Below, piece by piece: positions 26,101 through 39,900 of a stretch of DNA of 64,000 bases (its first letter is position 1; the number at the start of each line of letters is the position of its first letter). Source of the stretch: Octopus sinensis. Taxonomy: Eukaryota. The notes below the pieces were generated by a model. It searched no databases. It was not told the DNA's origin and was given only the letters and a program-made list of their open reading frames with translations. A program made the position numbers and the translations under genes. The stretch is taken from assembly GCF_006345805.1 (NCBI RefSeq), contig NC_042999.1, positions 163,618,001-163,682,000 on the forward strand, in the 5' to 3' direction.

Positions 26101-27985
26101 TTTTTTTTACTTCTTTTAAGACTGGTTCTTTTGCTCAATGAGAAATATCGCTCCAAGTCCTTTAATACTTTATTTTCTGTAAAAATTTCTTATTGCAATT
26201 CAAACCGTTTATTACTTAATTTTCCGTAAAAATTTCTCGTTTACTTTTACAACTTTTTACGGCTTCTTTCTAGTTCCAGCGATACTGGCTCTTTGGTTCA
26301 CTGACAAATTGCCATTCAAACCGTTTAATAATTTATTTTCTGTAAAAATTTCTCAATTAATTTTAAAACGGTTTTGTGTTTTTCTGTTGTTTACGGCTTC
26401 TTTCTAGTTCCTTCGATACTGGCTCTTTGGTTCATTAACAAATTGCGTTGCAAACGGTTTAATAATTTATTTTCTGTAAAAATTTCTTATTTCACTAACA
26501 AATTGCGCTTCAAACCGTTTAATACTTTATTTTCTGTAAAGATTTCGCATTTACTTTTACAAAGGTATTTATTTTCTGTTGTTTACGGCTTTTTTCTAGA
26601 TCCTTCGATACTGGCTCTTTGGTTCACTGACAAATTGCGTTGCAAACGGTTTGATAGGTTATTTTCTGTAAAAATTTATTATTGCAATTCAAACCGTTTA
26701 ATACTTAATTTTCCGTAAAAATTTCTCTTTTACTTTTACAACTTTTTACGGCTTTCTAGTTCCAGCGATACTGGCTCTTTGGTTCACTGACAAATTGCGC
26801 TTCAAACCGTTTAATACTTTATTTTTTGTAAAACTTTCGCACTTACTTTTACAAAGGTATTTGCTTTCTGTTGTTTACGGCTTCTTTCTAGTTCCTCCGA
26901 TACTGGCTCTTTGGTTCACTGACAAATTCCGCTTCATACCGTTTAATACGTTATCTTCTGTAAAAATTTCTTATTTACTTTTACAACAGTCTTGATTTTC
27001 TGTTGTTTACGGCTTTTTTCTTGTTCCTTCGATACTGTAAAAATTGCGATTCAAACCGTTTAATACTTTATTTTCTGTAAAAATTTCTCATTTACTTTTA
27101 CAACGGTTTAGTTTTTCTGTTGTTTACGGCTTTTTTCTTTTTATTTCGATTGGTTCACTGACAAATTGCGCTTCAAAACGTAATACTTTGTTTTCTGTAA
27201 AAATTTCTCATTTACTTTTACAACGGTTTTCTTTTTATGTTTTTTACGGCTTCTTTCTAGTTCCTCTGATTCTGGCTCTTGACAAATTGCGTTGCAAACG
27301 GTTTAATAATTTATTTTCTGTAAAAATTTCTTCGTTTCTTTTACAACGGTTCTGTGTTTTTATGTTGTTTTCGGCTTCTTTCTACTTCCACCGATACTGG
27401 CTCTTTGGTTCACTGACAAATTGCGATTCAAACCGTTTAATACTTTATTTTCTGTAAAAATTTCTCAATTACTTTTAAAACGGTTTTGTGTTTTTCTGTT
27501 GTTTACGGCTTCTTTCTAGTTCCTCCGATATTGGCTCTTTCGTTCATTAACAAATTGCGTTGCAAACGGTTTAATAATTTATTTTCTGTAAAAATTTCTT
27601 ATTTACTTTTACAACGGTTTTGTGTTTTTCTCTTGTTTACGGCTTTTTTTTACTTCCTTTAAGACTGGTTCCTTTGTTCAATGAGAAATATCGCTCCAAG
27701 TCCTTTAATACTTTATTTTCTGTAAAAATTTCTTATTGCAATTCAAACCGTTTAATACTTAACTTTCTCGTTTACTTATACAACTTTTTACGGCTTCTTT
27801 CTAGCTCAAGCGATATTGGCTCTTTGGTTCACTGACAAATTGCTATCCAAACCGTTTAATACTTTATTTTCTTTAAAAATTTCATAGTTTCTTTTACAAC
27901 GGTTAAGTGTTTTTCTAGATCCTTCGATACTGGCTCTTTGGTTCACTGACAAATTGCGTTGCAAACGGTTTGATAGGTTATTTTC

Positions 27986-30900
27986 TGTAAAAGAAACTAA
28001 GAAATTTTTACAGAAAATAAAGTATTAAACGGTTTGAATCGCAACTTGTCAGTGAACCAAAGAGCCAGTATCGAAGGAACTAGAAAGAAGCCGTAAACAA
28101 CATAAAAGAACAAAACCGTTGTAAAAGAAACTAAGAAATTTTTACAGAAAATAAAGTATTAAACGGTTTGAATCGCAATTTGTCAGTGAACCAAAGAGCC
28201 AGTATCGAAGGAACTAGAAAGAAGCCGAAAACAATACAAAAACACTTAACCGTTGTAAAAGAAAGTAAGAAATTTTTACAGAAAATAAAGTATTAAACGG
28301 TTTGAATCGCAATTTGTCAATGAACAAAGAACCAGTATCGGAGGAACTAAGAAAGAAGCCCGTAAACAACAGAAAAAACAACAAACCGTTGTGAAAGTAA
28401 ATGAGAAATTTTTACAGAATATAAAGTATTAAACGTTTTGAAGCGCAATTTTCAGTGAACCAAAGAGCCAGTTTTGAAGGAACTAGAAAAAAGCCGTAAA
28501 CAACAGAAAAACAAAACCGTTGTAAAAGTAAATGAGAAATTTTTACAGAAAAAACACTATAAACGGTTTGAAGCGCAATTTGTCGTTGAACCAAAGAGCC
28601 AGTATCGAAAAGAACTAGAAAGAAGCCGTAAACAACAGAAAAAACACAAAACCGTTGTAAAAGTAAATGAGAACTTGTTACAGAAAATATCGTATTAAAC
28701 TGTTTGAAGCGCAATTTGTCAGTGAACCAAAGAGCCAGTATCGATGGAACTAGGAAAAAGGCGTAAACAACACATATACAAAACCGTTGTAAAAGTAAGT
28801 GCGAAATTTTTACAGAACATAAAGTATTAAACGGTTTGAATCGCAATTTGTCAGTGAACCAAAGAGCCAGTATCGGAGGAACTAGAAAGAAGCCGTAAAA
28901 AGTTGTAAAAGTAAACGAAAAATTTTTACGGAAAATTAAGTATTAAACTTTTTGTATTGCAATAAGAAATTTTTACAGAAAATAAAGTATTAAAGGATTT
29001 GGAGCTATATTTCTCATTGAACAAAAGAACCAGTCTTAAAGGAAGTAAAAAAAAAAAAGCCATAAACAAGAGGAAAAACACAAAACCGTTGTAAAAGTAA
29101 ATAAGAGATTTTTAAAAGAAAATAAATTATTAAACCGTTTGCAATGAAATTTGTTAATGAACCAAAGAGCCAGTATCGGAGGTAGGTCTAGAAAGAAGCC
29201 GTAAACAACATAAAAACACAAACCGTTGTAAAAGTAAATAAGAAATTTTTACAGAAAATAAAGTATTAAACGGTTTTTAAGCGCAATTTGTCGGTGAACC
29301 AAAGACCCAGTATCGAAGGAACTTGAAAGAAGAAGCCGAAACAACAAAAAAAACACATAACTGTTGATGAGTAAAGAAATTTTTATAGAAAATAAAGTAT
29401 TAAAATGTTTGAATCGCTATTTATCAGTGAACCAAAGAGCCAGTATCGAAGGAACTAGAAAAAAGCCGTAAACAACAGAAAAACACAAAACCGTTGTAAA
29501 AGAAGCGAAGATTTTTTACAGAAAATAAATATTAAACGGTTTGAATCGCAATTATTCAGTGAACCAAAGAGCCAGTATCGAAAGGAACTAGAAGAAGCCG
29601 TAAACAACAAAAAAAACACAAAACCGTTGTAAAAGTAAATGAGAAATTTTTACAGAAAATAAAATATTAAACGGTTTGAATCGCAATTTGTCAGTGAACC
29701 AAAGAGCCAGTATCGAAGGAACTAGAGAACAGAAGACCGTAAACAACAACAAAAAACACAAAACCGTTCGATTAGTAAAGAAATTTCTACAGAAATAAAG
29801 CATTAAAAGGTTTGAATCGCTATTTGTCAGTGAACCCAAAGAGCCAGTATCGAAGGAACTAGAAAGAAGCCGTAAACAACAGAAAAACAAAACCGTTGTA
29901 AAAGTAAATGAGAAATTTGTACAGAAAATAAAGTATTAAACGGTTTGAATCGCAAGTTATCAGTGAACCAAAGAGCCAGTATCGGAGGAACTAGAAAGAA
30001 GCCGAAAACAATAGAAAAACACTAAACCGCTGTAAAAGAAACTAACAAATTTTTACAGAAAATAAAGTATTAAACGTTTTGAATCGCGATTTGTCAGTGA
30101 ACCAAAGAGCCAGTATCGAAGGAACTAGAAAGAAGCCGTAAACAACAGAAAAATACAAAACCGTTGTCAAAGTAAATGAGAAATTTCTACAGAAAATAAG
30201 TATTATTAAACGGTTTGAATCGCGATTTGTCAGTGAACAAAGAGAGCCATATCGAAGTAACTAGAAAGAAGCCGTAAACAACAGAAAAACACAAAACCGT
30301 TGTGAAGTAGTAATGAGAAATTTTTACAGAATATAAAGTATTAAACGTTTTGAATCGCAATTTGTCAGTGTGAACCAAAGAGCCAGTATCGAAGGAACTA
30401 GAAAGAAGCCGTAAACAACAAAAAACACAAAACCGTTGTAAAAGAAACGAAGAAATTTTTACAGAAAATAAAATATTAAACGGTTTGAATCGCAAGTTGT
30501 CAGTGAACCAAAGAACCAGTATCGAAGGAACTAGAAGAAGCCGTAAACAACAGAAAAACAAAACCGTTGTAAAAGTAAATGAGAAATTTTTACAGAAAAT
30601 AAAGTATTAAACGGTTTGAATCGCAAGTTGTCAGTGAACCAAAGAGCCAGTATCGGAGGAACTAGAAAGAAGCGAAAAAACAAAAAATAGAAAAACACTA
30701 AACCGTTGTAAAAGAAACTAACAATTTTTACAGAAAATAAAGTATTAAACGTTTTTGAATCGCGATTTGTCAGTGAACCAAAGAGCCAGTATCGAAGGAA
30801 CTAGAAAGAAGCCGTAAACAACAGAAAAAATACAAAACCGTTGTCAAAGTAAATGAGAAATTTCTACAGAAAATAAAGTATTAAACGGTTTGAATCGCGA

Positions 30901-33900
30901 TTTGTCAGTGAACCAAAGAGCCAGTATCGAAGTAACTAGAAAGAAGCCGTAAACAACAGAAAAAACACAAAACCGTTGTGAAAGTAAATAAGAAATTTTA
31001 CAGAATATAAAGTATTAAACGTTTTGAATCGCAATTTGTCAGTGAACCAAAGAGCCAGTATCGAAGGAACTAGAAAGAAGCCGCGTAAACAACAAAAAAA
31101 CACAAACCTACCGTTGTAAAAGAAACGAAGAAATTTTTACAGAAAATAAAGTATTAAACGGTTTGAATCGCAATTTGTCAGTGAACCAAAGAGCCAGTAT
31201 CGAAGGAACTAGAAAGAAGCCGTAAACAATACAAAAAACACTTAACCGTTTGTAAAAGAAAGTAAGAAATTTTACAGAAAATAAAGTATTAAACGGTTTG
31301 AATCGCAATTTGTCAATGAACCAAAGAACCAGTATCGGAGGAACTAGAAAGAAGCCGTAAACAACAGAAAAACACAAAACCTTGTGAAAGTAAATGTGAA
31401 AGTAAATGAGAAATTTTTACAGAATATAAAGTATTAAACGTTTTGAAGCGCAATTTTCAGTGAACCAAAGAGCCAGTTTTGAAGGAACTAGAAAAAAGCC
31501 GTAAACACAGAAAAAACAAAACCGTTGTAAAAGTAAATGAGAAATTTTTACAGAAAAACACTATTAACGGTTTGAAGCGCAATTTGTCGTTGAACCAAAG
31601 AGCCAGTATCGAAAGAACTAGAAAGAAGCCGTAAACAACAGAAAAACACAAAACCGTTGTAAAAGTAAATGAGAACTTGTTACAGAAAATATCGTATTAA
31701 ACTGTTTGAAGCGCAATTTGTCAGTGAACCCAAAGAGCCAGTATCGATGGAACTAGGAAAAAACGTAAACAACACATATACAAAACCGTTTGTAAAAGTA
31801 AGTGCGAAATTTTTACAGAACATAAAGTATTAAACGGTTTGAATCGCAATTTGTCAGTGAACCAAAGAGCCAGTATCGGAGGAACTAGAAAGAAGCCGTA
31901 AAAAGTTGTAAAAGTAAACGAGAAATTTTTACGGAAAATTAAGTATTAAACTTTTTGTATTGCAATAAGAAATTTTTACAGAAAATAAAGTATTAAAGGA
32001 CTTGGAGCTATATTTCTCATTGAACAAAAGAACCAGTCTTAATGGAAGTAAAAAAAAAAGCCATAAACAAGAGAAAAACACAAAACCGTTGTAAAAGTAA
32101 ATAAGAGATTTTTAAAAGAAAATAAATTATTAAACCGTTTGCAATGAAATTTGTTAATGAACCAAAGAGCCAGTATCGGAGGTACTAGAAAGAAGCCGTA
32201 AACAACATAAAAACACAAAACCGTTGTAAAAGTAAATAAGAAATTTTTACAGAAAATAAAGTATTAAACGGTTTGAAGCGCAATTTGTCGGTGAACCAAA
32301 GACCCAGTATCGAAGGAACTTGAAAGAAGCCGTAAACAACAAAAAAACACATAACTGTTTGATGATTAAAGAAATTTTTATAGAAAATAAAGTATTAAAA
32401 TGTTTGAATCGCTATTTATCAGTGAACCAAAGAGCCAGTATCGATGGAACTAGAAAAAAGCCGTAAACAACACAAAAACACAAAACCGTTGTAAAAGAAG
32501 CGAAGAATTTTTTACAGAAAATAAAATATTAAACGGTTTGAATCGCAATTATTCAGTGAACCAAAGAGCCAGTATCGAAGGAACTAGAAAGAAGCCGTAA
32601 ACAACAAAAAAACACAAAACCGTTGTAAAAGTAAATGAGAAATTTTTACAGAAAATAAAATATTAAACGGTTTGAATCGCAATTTGTCAGTGAACCAAAG
32701 AGCCAGTATCGAAAGGAACTAGAAGAAACCGTAAACAACAAAAAAACACAAAACCGTTTCGATTAGTAAAGAAATTTCTACAGAAAATAAAGCATTAAAA
32801 GGTTGAATCGCTATTTGTCAGTGAACCAAAGAGCCAGTATCGAAGGAACTAGAAAAAGCCCGTAAACAACAGAAAAACAAAACCGTTGTAAAGTAAATGA
32901 GAAATTTTTACAGAAAATAAAGTATTAAACGGTTTGAATCGCAATTTCTCAGTGAACCAAAGAGCCAGTATCGAAGGAACTAGAAAGAAGCCCTAAACAA
33001 CAAAAAAACACAAAACCGTTTGATTAGTAAACAAATTTCTACAGAAAATAAAGTATTAAAAGTTTTGAATCGCTATTTGTCAGTGAACCAAAGAGCCAGT
33101 ATCGAAGGAACTAGAAAAAAGCCGTAAACAACAGAAAAACACAAAACCGTTGTAAAAGTAAATGAGAAATTTTTACAGAAAATAAAATATTAAACGGTTT
33201 GAATCGGAATTTGTCAGTGAACCAAAGAGCCAGTATCGAAGGAACTAGAAAGAAGCCGTAAACAACAGAAAAACAAAACCGTTGTAAAAGTAAATGAGAA
33301 ATTTTTACAGAAAAAAATAAAGTTTAAACGGTTTGAATCACAAGTTATCAGTGAACCAAAGAGCCAGTATCGGAGGAACTAGAAAGAAGCCGAAAACAAT
33401 AGAAAAACACTAAACCGTTGTAAAAGAAACTAACAAATTTTTACAGAAAATAAAGTATTAAACGTTTTGAATCGCGATTTGTCAGTGAACCAAAGAGCCA
33501 GTATCGAAGGAACTAGAAAAAAGCCGTAAACAACAGAAAAATACAAAACCGTTGTCAAAGTAAATGAGAAATTTCTACAGAAAATAAAGTATTAAACGGT
33601 TTGAATCGCGATTTGTCAGTGAACCAAAGAGCCAGTATCGAAGTAACTAGAAAGAAGCCGTAAACAACAGAAAAACACAAAACCGTTGTGAAAGTAAATG
33701 AGAAATTTTTACAGAATATAAAGTATTAAACGTTTTGAATCGCAATTTGTCAGTGAACCAAAGAGCCAGTATCGAAGGAACTAGAAAGAAGCCGTAAACA
33801 ACAAAAAAACACAAAACCGTTGTAAAAGTAAATGAGAAATTTTTACAGAAAATAAAATATTAAACGGTTTGAATCGCAATTTGTCAGTGAACCAAAGAGC

Positions 33901-36900
33901 CAGTATCGAAGGAACTAGAAAGAAGCCGTAAACAACAAAAAAACACAAAACCGTTCGATTAGTAAAGAAATTTCTACAGAAAATAAAGCATTAAAAGGTT
34001 TGAATCGCTATTTGTCAGTGAACCAAAGAGCCAGTATCGAAGGAACTAGAAAAAAGCCGTAAACAACAGAAAAACAAAACCGTTGTAAAAGTAAATGAGA
34101 AATTTTTACAGAAAATAAAGTATTAAACGGTTTGAATCGCAATTTCTCAGTGAACCAAAGAGCCAGTATCGAAGGAACTAGAAAGAAGCCCTAAACAACA
34201 AAAAAACACAAAACCGTTTGATTAGTAAACAAATTTCTACAGAAAATAAAGTATTAAAAGTTTTGAATCGCTATTTGTCAGTGAACCAAAGAGCCAGTAT
34301 CGAAGGAACTAGAAAAAAGCCGTAAACAACAGAAAAACACAAAACCGTTGTAAAAGAAACGAAGAAATTTTTACAGAAAATAAAATATTAAACGGTTTGA
34401 ATCGGAATTTGTCAGTGAACCAAAGAGCCAGTATCGAAGGAACTAGAAAGAAGCCGTAAACAACAGAAAAACAAAACCGTTGTAAAAGTAAATGAGAAAT
34501 TTTTACAGAAAATAAAGTATTAAACGGTTTGAATCGCAAGTTATCAGTGAACCAAAGAGCCAGTATCGGAGGAACTAGAAAGAAGCCGAAAACAATAGAA
34601 AAACACTAAACCGTTGTAAAAGAAACTAACAAATTTTTACAGAAAATAAAGTATTAAACGTTTTGAATCGCGATTTGTCAGTGAACCAAAGAGCCAGTAT
34701 CGAAGGAACTAGAAAGAAGCCGTAAACAACAGAAAAATACAAAACCGTTGTCAAAGTAAATGAGAAATTTCTACAGAAAATAAAGTATGTATTAAACGGT
34801 TTGAATCGCGATTTGTCAGTGAACCAAAGAGCCAGTATCGAAGTAACTAGAAAGAAGCCGTAAACAACAGAAAAACACAAAACCGTTGTGAAAGTAAATG
34901 AGAAATTTTTACAGAATATAAAGTATTAAACGTTTTGAATCGCAATTTGTCAGTGAACCAAAGAGCCAGTATCGAAGGAACTAGAAAGAAGCCGTAAACA
35001 ACAAAAAAACACAAAACCGTTGTAAAAGAAACGAAGAAATTTTTACAGAAAATAAAATATTAAACGGTTTGAATCGCAAGTTGTCAGTGAACCAAAGAAC
35101 CAGTATCGAAGGAACTAGAAAGACGCCGTAATCAACAAAAAAACACAAAACCGTTGTAAAAGAAACGAAGAAATTTTTACAGAAAATAAAGTATTAAACG
35201 GTTTGAATCGCAATTTGTCAGTGAACCAAAGAGCCAGTATCGAAGGAACTAGAAAGAAGCCGTAAACAACATAAAAACACAAAACCGTTGTAAAAGAAAC
35301 TAAGAAATTTTTACAGAAAATAAAGTGTTAAACGGTTTAAACCGCAATTTGTCAGTGAACCAAAGAGCCAGTATCGAAGGAACTAGAAAGAAGCCGTAAA
35401 CAAAAAAAAAACACAAAACCGTTGTAAAAGAAACTAAGAAATTTTTACAGAAAATAAAGTATTAAACGGTTTGAATCGCAATTTGTCAATGAACCAAAGA
35501 ACCAGTATCGGAGGAACTAGAAAGAAGCCGTAAACAACAGAAAAACACAAAACCGTTGTGAAAGTAAATGAGAAATTTTTACAGAATATAAAGTATTAAA
35601 CGTTTTGAAGCGCAATTTTCAGTGAACCAAAGAGCCAGTTTTGAAGGAACTAGAAAAAAGCCGTAAACAACAGAAAAACAAAACCGTTGTAAAAGTAAAT
35701 GAGAAATTTTTACAGAAAATACACTATTAAACGGTTTGAAGCGCAATTTGTCGTTGAACCAAAGAGCCAGTATTGAAAGTACTAGAAAGAAGCCGTAAAC
35801 AACAGAAAAACACAAAACCGTTGTAAAAGTAAATGAGAAATTGTTACAGAAAATATCGTATCAAACTGTTTGAAGCGCAATTTGTCAGTGAACCAAAGAG
35901 CCAGTATCGATGGAACTAGGAAAAGGCGTAAACAACACAAATACAAAACCGTTGTAAAAGTAAGTGCGAAATTTTTACAGAACATAAAGTATTAAACGGT
36001 TTGAATCGCAATTTGTCAGTGAACCAAAGAGCCAGTATCGGAGGAGGAGGAACGAGAAAGAAGCCGTAAAAAGTTGTAAAAGTAAACTAGAAATTTTTAC
36101 GGAAAATTAAGTATTAAACTTTTGTATTGCAATAAGAAATTTTTACAGAAAATAAAGTATTAAAGGACTTGGAGCTATATTTCTCATTGAACAAAAGAAC
36201 CAGTCTTAAAGGAAGTAAAAAAAAAAAGCCATAAACAAGAGAAAAACACAAAACCGTTGTAAAAGTAAATAAGAGATTTTTAAAAGAAAAAAATTATTAA
36301 ACCGTTTGCAACGAAATTTGTTAATGAACAAAGAGCCAGTATCGGATGGGTACTAGAAAGAAGCCGTAAACAACATAAAAACACAAAACCGTTGTAAAAG
36401 TAAATAAGAAATTTTACAGAAAATAAAGTATTAAAAGGTTTGAATCGCGATTTGTCAGTGAACCAAAGACCCAGTATCGAAGGAACTAGAAAGAAGCCGT
36501 AAACAACAAAAAAAACACAAAACCGCTCGAGTAGTAAAGAAATTTCTACAGAAAATAAAGTATTAAAAGGTTTGAATCGCTATTTGTCAGTGAACCAAAG
36601 AGCCAGTATCGGAGGAACTAGAAAGAAGCCGTAAACAACAGAAAAATACAAAACCGTTGTCAAAGTAAATGAGAAATTTCTACAGAAAATAAAGTATTAA
36701 ACGGTTTGAATCGCGATTTGTCAGTGAACCAAAGAGCCAGTATCGAAGTAACTAGAAAGAAGCCGTAAACAACAGAAAAACACAAAACCGTTGTGAAAGT
36801 AAATGAGAAATTTTTACAGAATATAAAGTATTAAACGTTTTGAATCGCAATTTGTCAGTGAACCAAAGAGCCAGTATCGAAGGAACTAGAAAGAAGCCGT

Positions 36901-39900
36901 AAACAACATAAAAACACAAAACCGTTGTAAAAGAAACTAAGAAATTTTTACAGAAAATAAAGTATTAAACGGTTTGAATCGCAATTTGTCAGTGAACCAA
37001 AGAGCCAGTATCGAAGGAACTAGAAAGAAGCCGTAAACAACATAAAAACACAAAACCGTTGTAAAAGAAACTAAGAAATTTTTACAGAAAATAAAGTATT
37101 AAACGGTTTGAATCGCAATTTGTCAGTGAACCAAAGAGCCAGTATCGAAGGAACTAGAAAGAAGCCGTAAACAAAAAAAAACACTTAACCGTTGTAAAAG
37201 AAAGTAAGAAATTTTTACAGAAAATAAAGTATTAAAACGGTTTGAATCGCAATTTGTCAATGAACCAAAGAACCAGTATCGGAGGAACTAGAAAGAAGCC
37301 GTAAACAACAGAAAAAACACAAAACCGTTGTGAAAGTAAATGAGAAATTTTACAGAATATAAAGTATTAAACGTTTTGAAGCGCAATTTTCAGTGAACCA
37401 AAGAGCCAGTTTTGAAGGAACTAGAAAAAAGCCGTAAACAACAGAAAAACAAAACCGTTGTAAAAGTAAATGAGAAATTTTTACAGAAAATAAAGTATTA
37501 AACGGTTTGAATCGCAATTTGTCAATGAACCAAAGAACCAGTATCGGAGGAACTAGAAAGAAGCCGTAAACAACAGAAAAACACAAAACCGTTGTGAAAG
37601 TAAATGAGAAATTGTTACAGAAAATATCGTATTAAACTGTTTGAAGCGCAATTTGTCAGTGAACCAAGAGCCAGTATCGATGGAACTAGGAAAAAGGGCG
37701 TAAACAACACAAATACAAACCGTTGTAAAAGTAAGTGCGAAATTTTTACAGAAATAAAGTATTAAACGGTTTGAATCGCAATTGTCAGTGAACCAAAGAG
37801 CCAGTATCGGAGGAACTAGAAAGAAGCCGTAAAAAGTTGTAAAAGTAAACGCGAAATTTTACGGAAAATTAAGTATTAAACTTTTTGTATTGCAATAAGA
37901 AATTTTTACAGAAAATAAAGTATTAAACGGTTTGAATCGCAACTTGTCAGTGAACCAAAGAGCCAGTATCGAAGGAACTAGAAAGAAGCCGTAAACAATA
38001 CAAAAACACTTAACCGTTGTAAAAGAAAGTAAGAAATTTTTACAGAAAATAAAGTATTAAACGGTTTGAATCGCAATTTGTCAATGAACCAAAGAACCAG
38101 TATCGGAGGAACTAGAAAGAAGCCGTAAACAACAGAAAAACACAAAACCGTTGTGAAAGTAAATGAGAAATTTTTACAGAATATAAAGTATTAAACGTTT
38201 TGAAGCGCAATTTTCAGTGAACCAAAGAACTAGTTTTGAAGGAACTAGAAAAAAGCCGTAAACAAAAGAAAAATAAAACCGTTGTAAAAGTAAATGAGAA
38301 ATTTTTACAGAAAATACACTATTAAACGGTTTGAAGCGCAATTTGTCGTTGAACCAAAGAGCCAGTATCGAAAGTACTAGAAAGAAGCCGTAAACAACAG
38401 AAAAACACAAAACCGTTGTAAAAGTAAATGAGAAATTGTTACAGAAAATATCGTATTAAACTGTTTGAAGCGCAATTTGTCAGTGAACCAAAGAGCCAGT
38501 ATCGATGGAACTAGGAAAAAGGCGTAAACAACACAAATACAAAACCGTTGTAAAAGTAAGTGCGAAATTTTTACAGAACATAAAGTATTAAACGGTTTGA
38601 ATCGCAATTTGTCAGTGAACCAAAGAGCCAGTATCGGAGGAACTAGAAAGAAGCCGTAAAAAGTTGTAAAAGTAAACGAGAAATTTTTACGGAAAATTAA
38701 GTATTAAACTTTTTGTATTGCAATAAGAAATTTTTACAGAAAATAAAGTATTAAAGGACTTGGAGCTATATTTCTCATTGAACAAAAGAACCAGTCTTAA
38801 AGGAAGTAAAAAAAAAAGCCATAAACAAGAGAAAAACACAAAACCGTTGTAAAAGTAAATAAGAGATTTTTAAAAGAAAATAAATTATTAAACCGTTTGC
38901 AACGAAATTTGTTAATGAACCAAAGAGCCAGTATCGGAGGTACTAGAAAGAAGCCGTAAACAACATAAAAACACAAAACCGTTGTAAAAGTAAATAAGAA
39001 ATTTTTACAGAAAATAAGGTTTGAAGCGCAATTTGTCGGTGAACCAAAGACCCAGTATCGAAGGAACTAGAAAGAAGCCGTAAACAACAAAAAAACACAA
39101 AACCGTTCGATTAGTAAAGAAATTTCTACAGAAAATAAAGTATTAAAAGGTTTGAATCGCTATTTGTCAGTGAACCAAAGAGCCAGTATCGAAGGAACTA
39201 GAAAAAAGCCGTAAACAACAGAAAAACACAAAACCGTTGTAAAAGTAAATGAGAAATTTTTACAGAAAATAAAGTATTAAACGTTTTGGAGAGCAATTTT
39301 TCAGTGAACCAAAGAGCCAGTATCGAAGGAAATAGAAAGAAGCCCTAAACGACACAAAAACACAAAACCGTTTGATTAGTAAAGAAATTTCTACAGAAAA
39401 TAAAGTATTAAAAGGTTTGAATCGCTATTTGTCAGTGAACCAAAGAGCCAGTATCGAAGGAAAAAAGCCGTAAACAACAGAAAAACACAAAACCGTTGTA
39501 AAAGTAAATGAGAAATTTTTACAGAAAATAAAATATTAAACGGTTTGAATCGCAATTTGTCAATGAACCAAAGAGCCAGTATCGAAGGAACTAGAAAGAA
39601 GCCGTAAACAACAAAAAAACACAAAACCGTCGTAAAAGTAAATGAGAAATTTTTACAGAAAATAAAATATTAAACGGTTTGAATCGCAAGTTGTCAGTGA
39701 ACCAAAGAGCCAGTATCGAAGTAACTAGAAAAAAGCCGTAAACAACAGAAAAACACAAAACCGTTGTAAAAGTAAATGAGAAATTTTTACAGAAAATAAA
39801 GTATTAAACGGTTTGAATCGCAATTTCTCAGTGAACCAAAGAGCCAGTATCGAAGGAACTAGAAAGAAGCCCTAAACAACACAAAAACACAAAACCGTTT

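Larger units (their letters stand above)
15535..27992 (+). repeat. 132/134-bp AT-rich satellite array, forward arm (interrupted by two retroelement copies)
   Basis: Period measured directly: tcgatact at 21961 and 22093 (132 bp); tctttggttc at 23941 and 24075 (134 bp). Confidence 0.97.
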
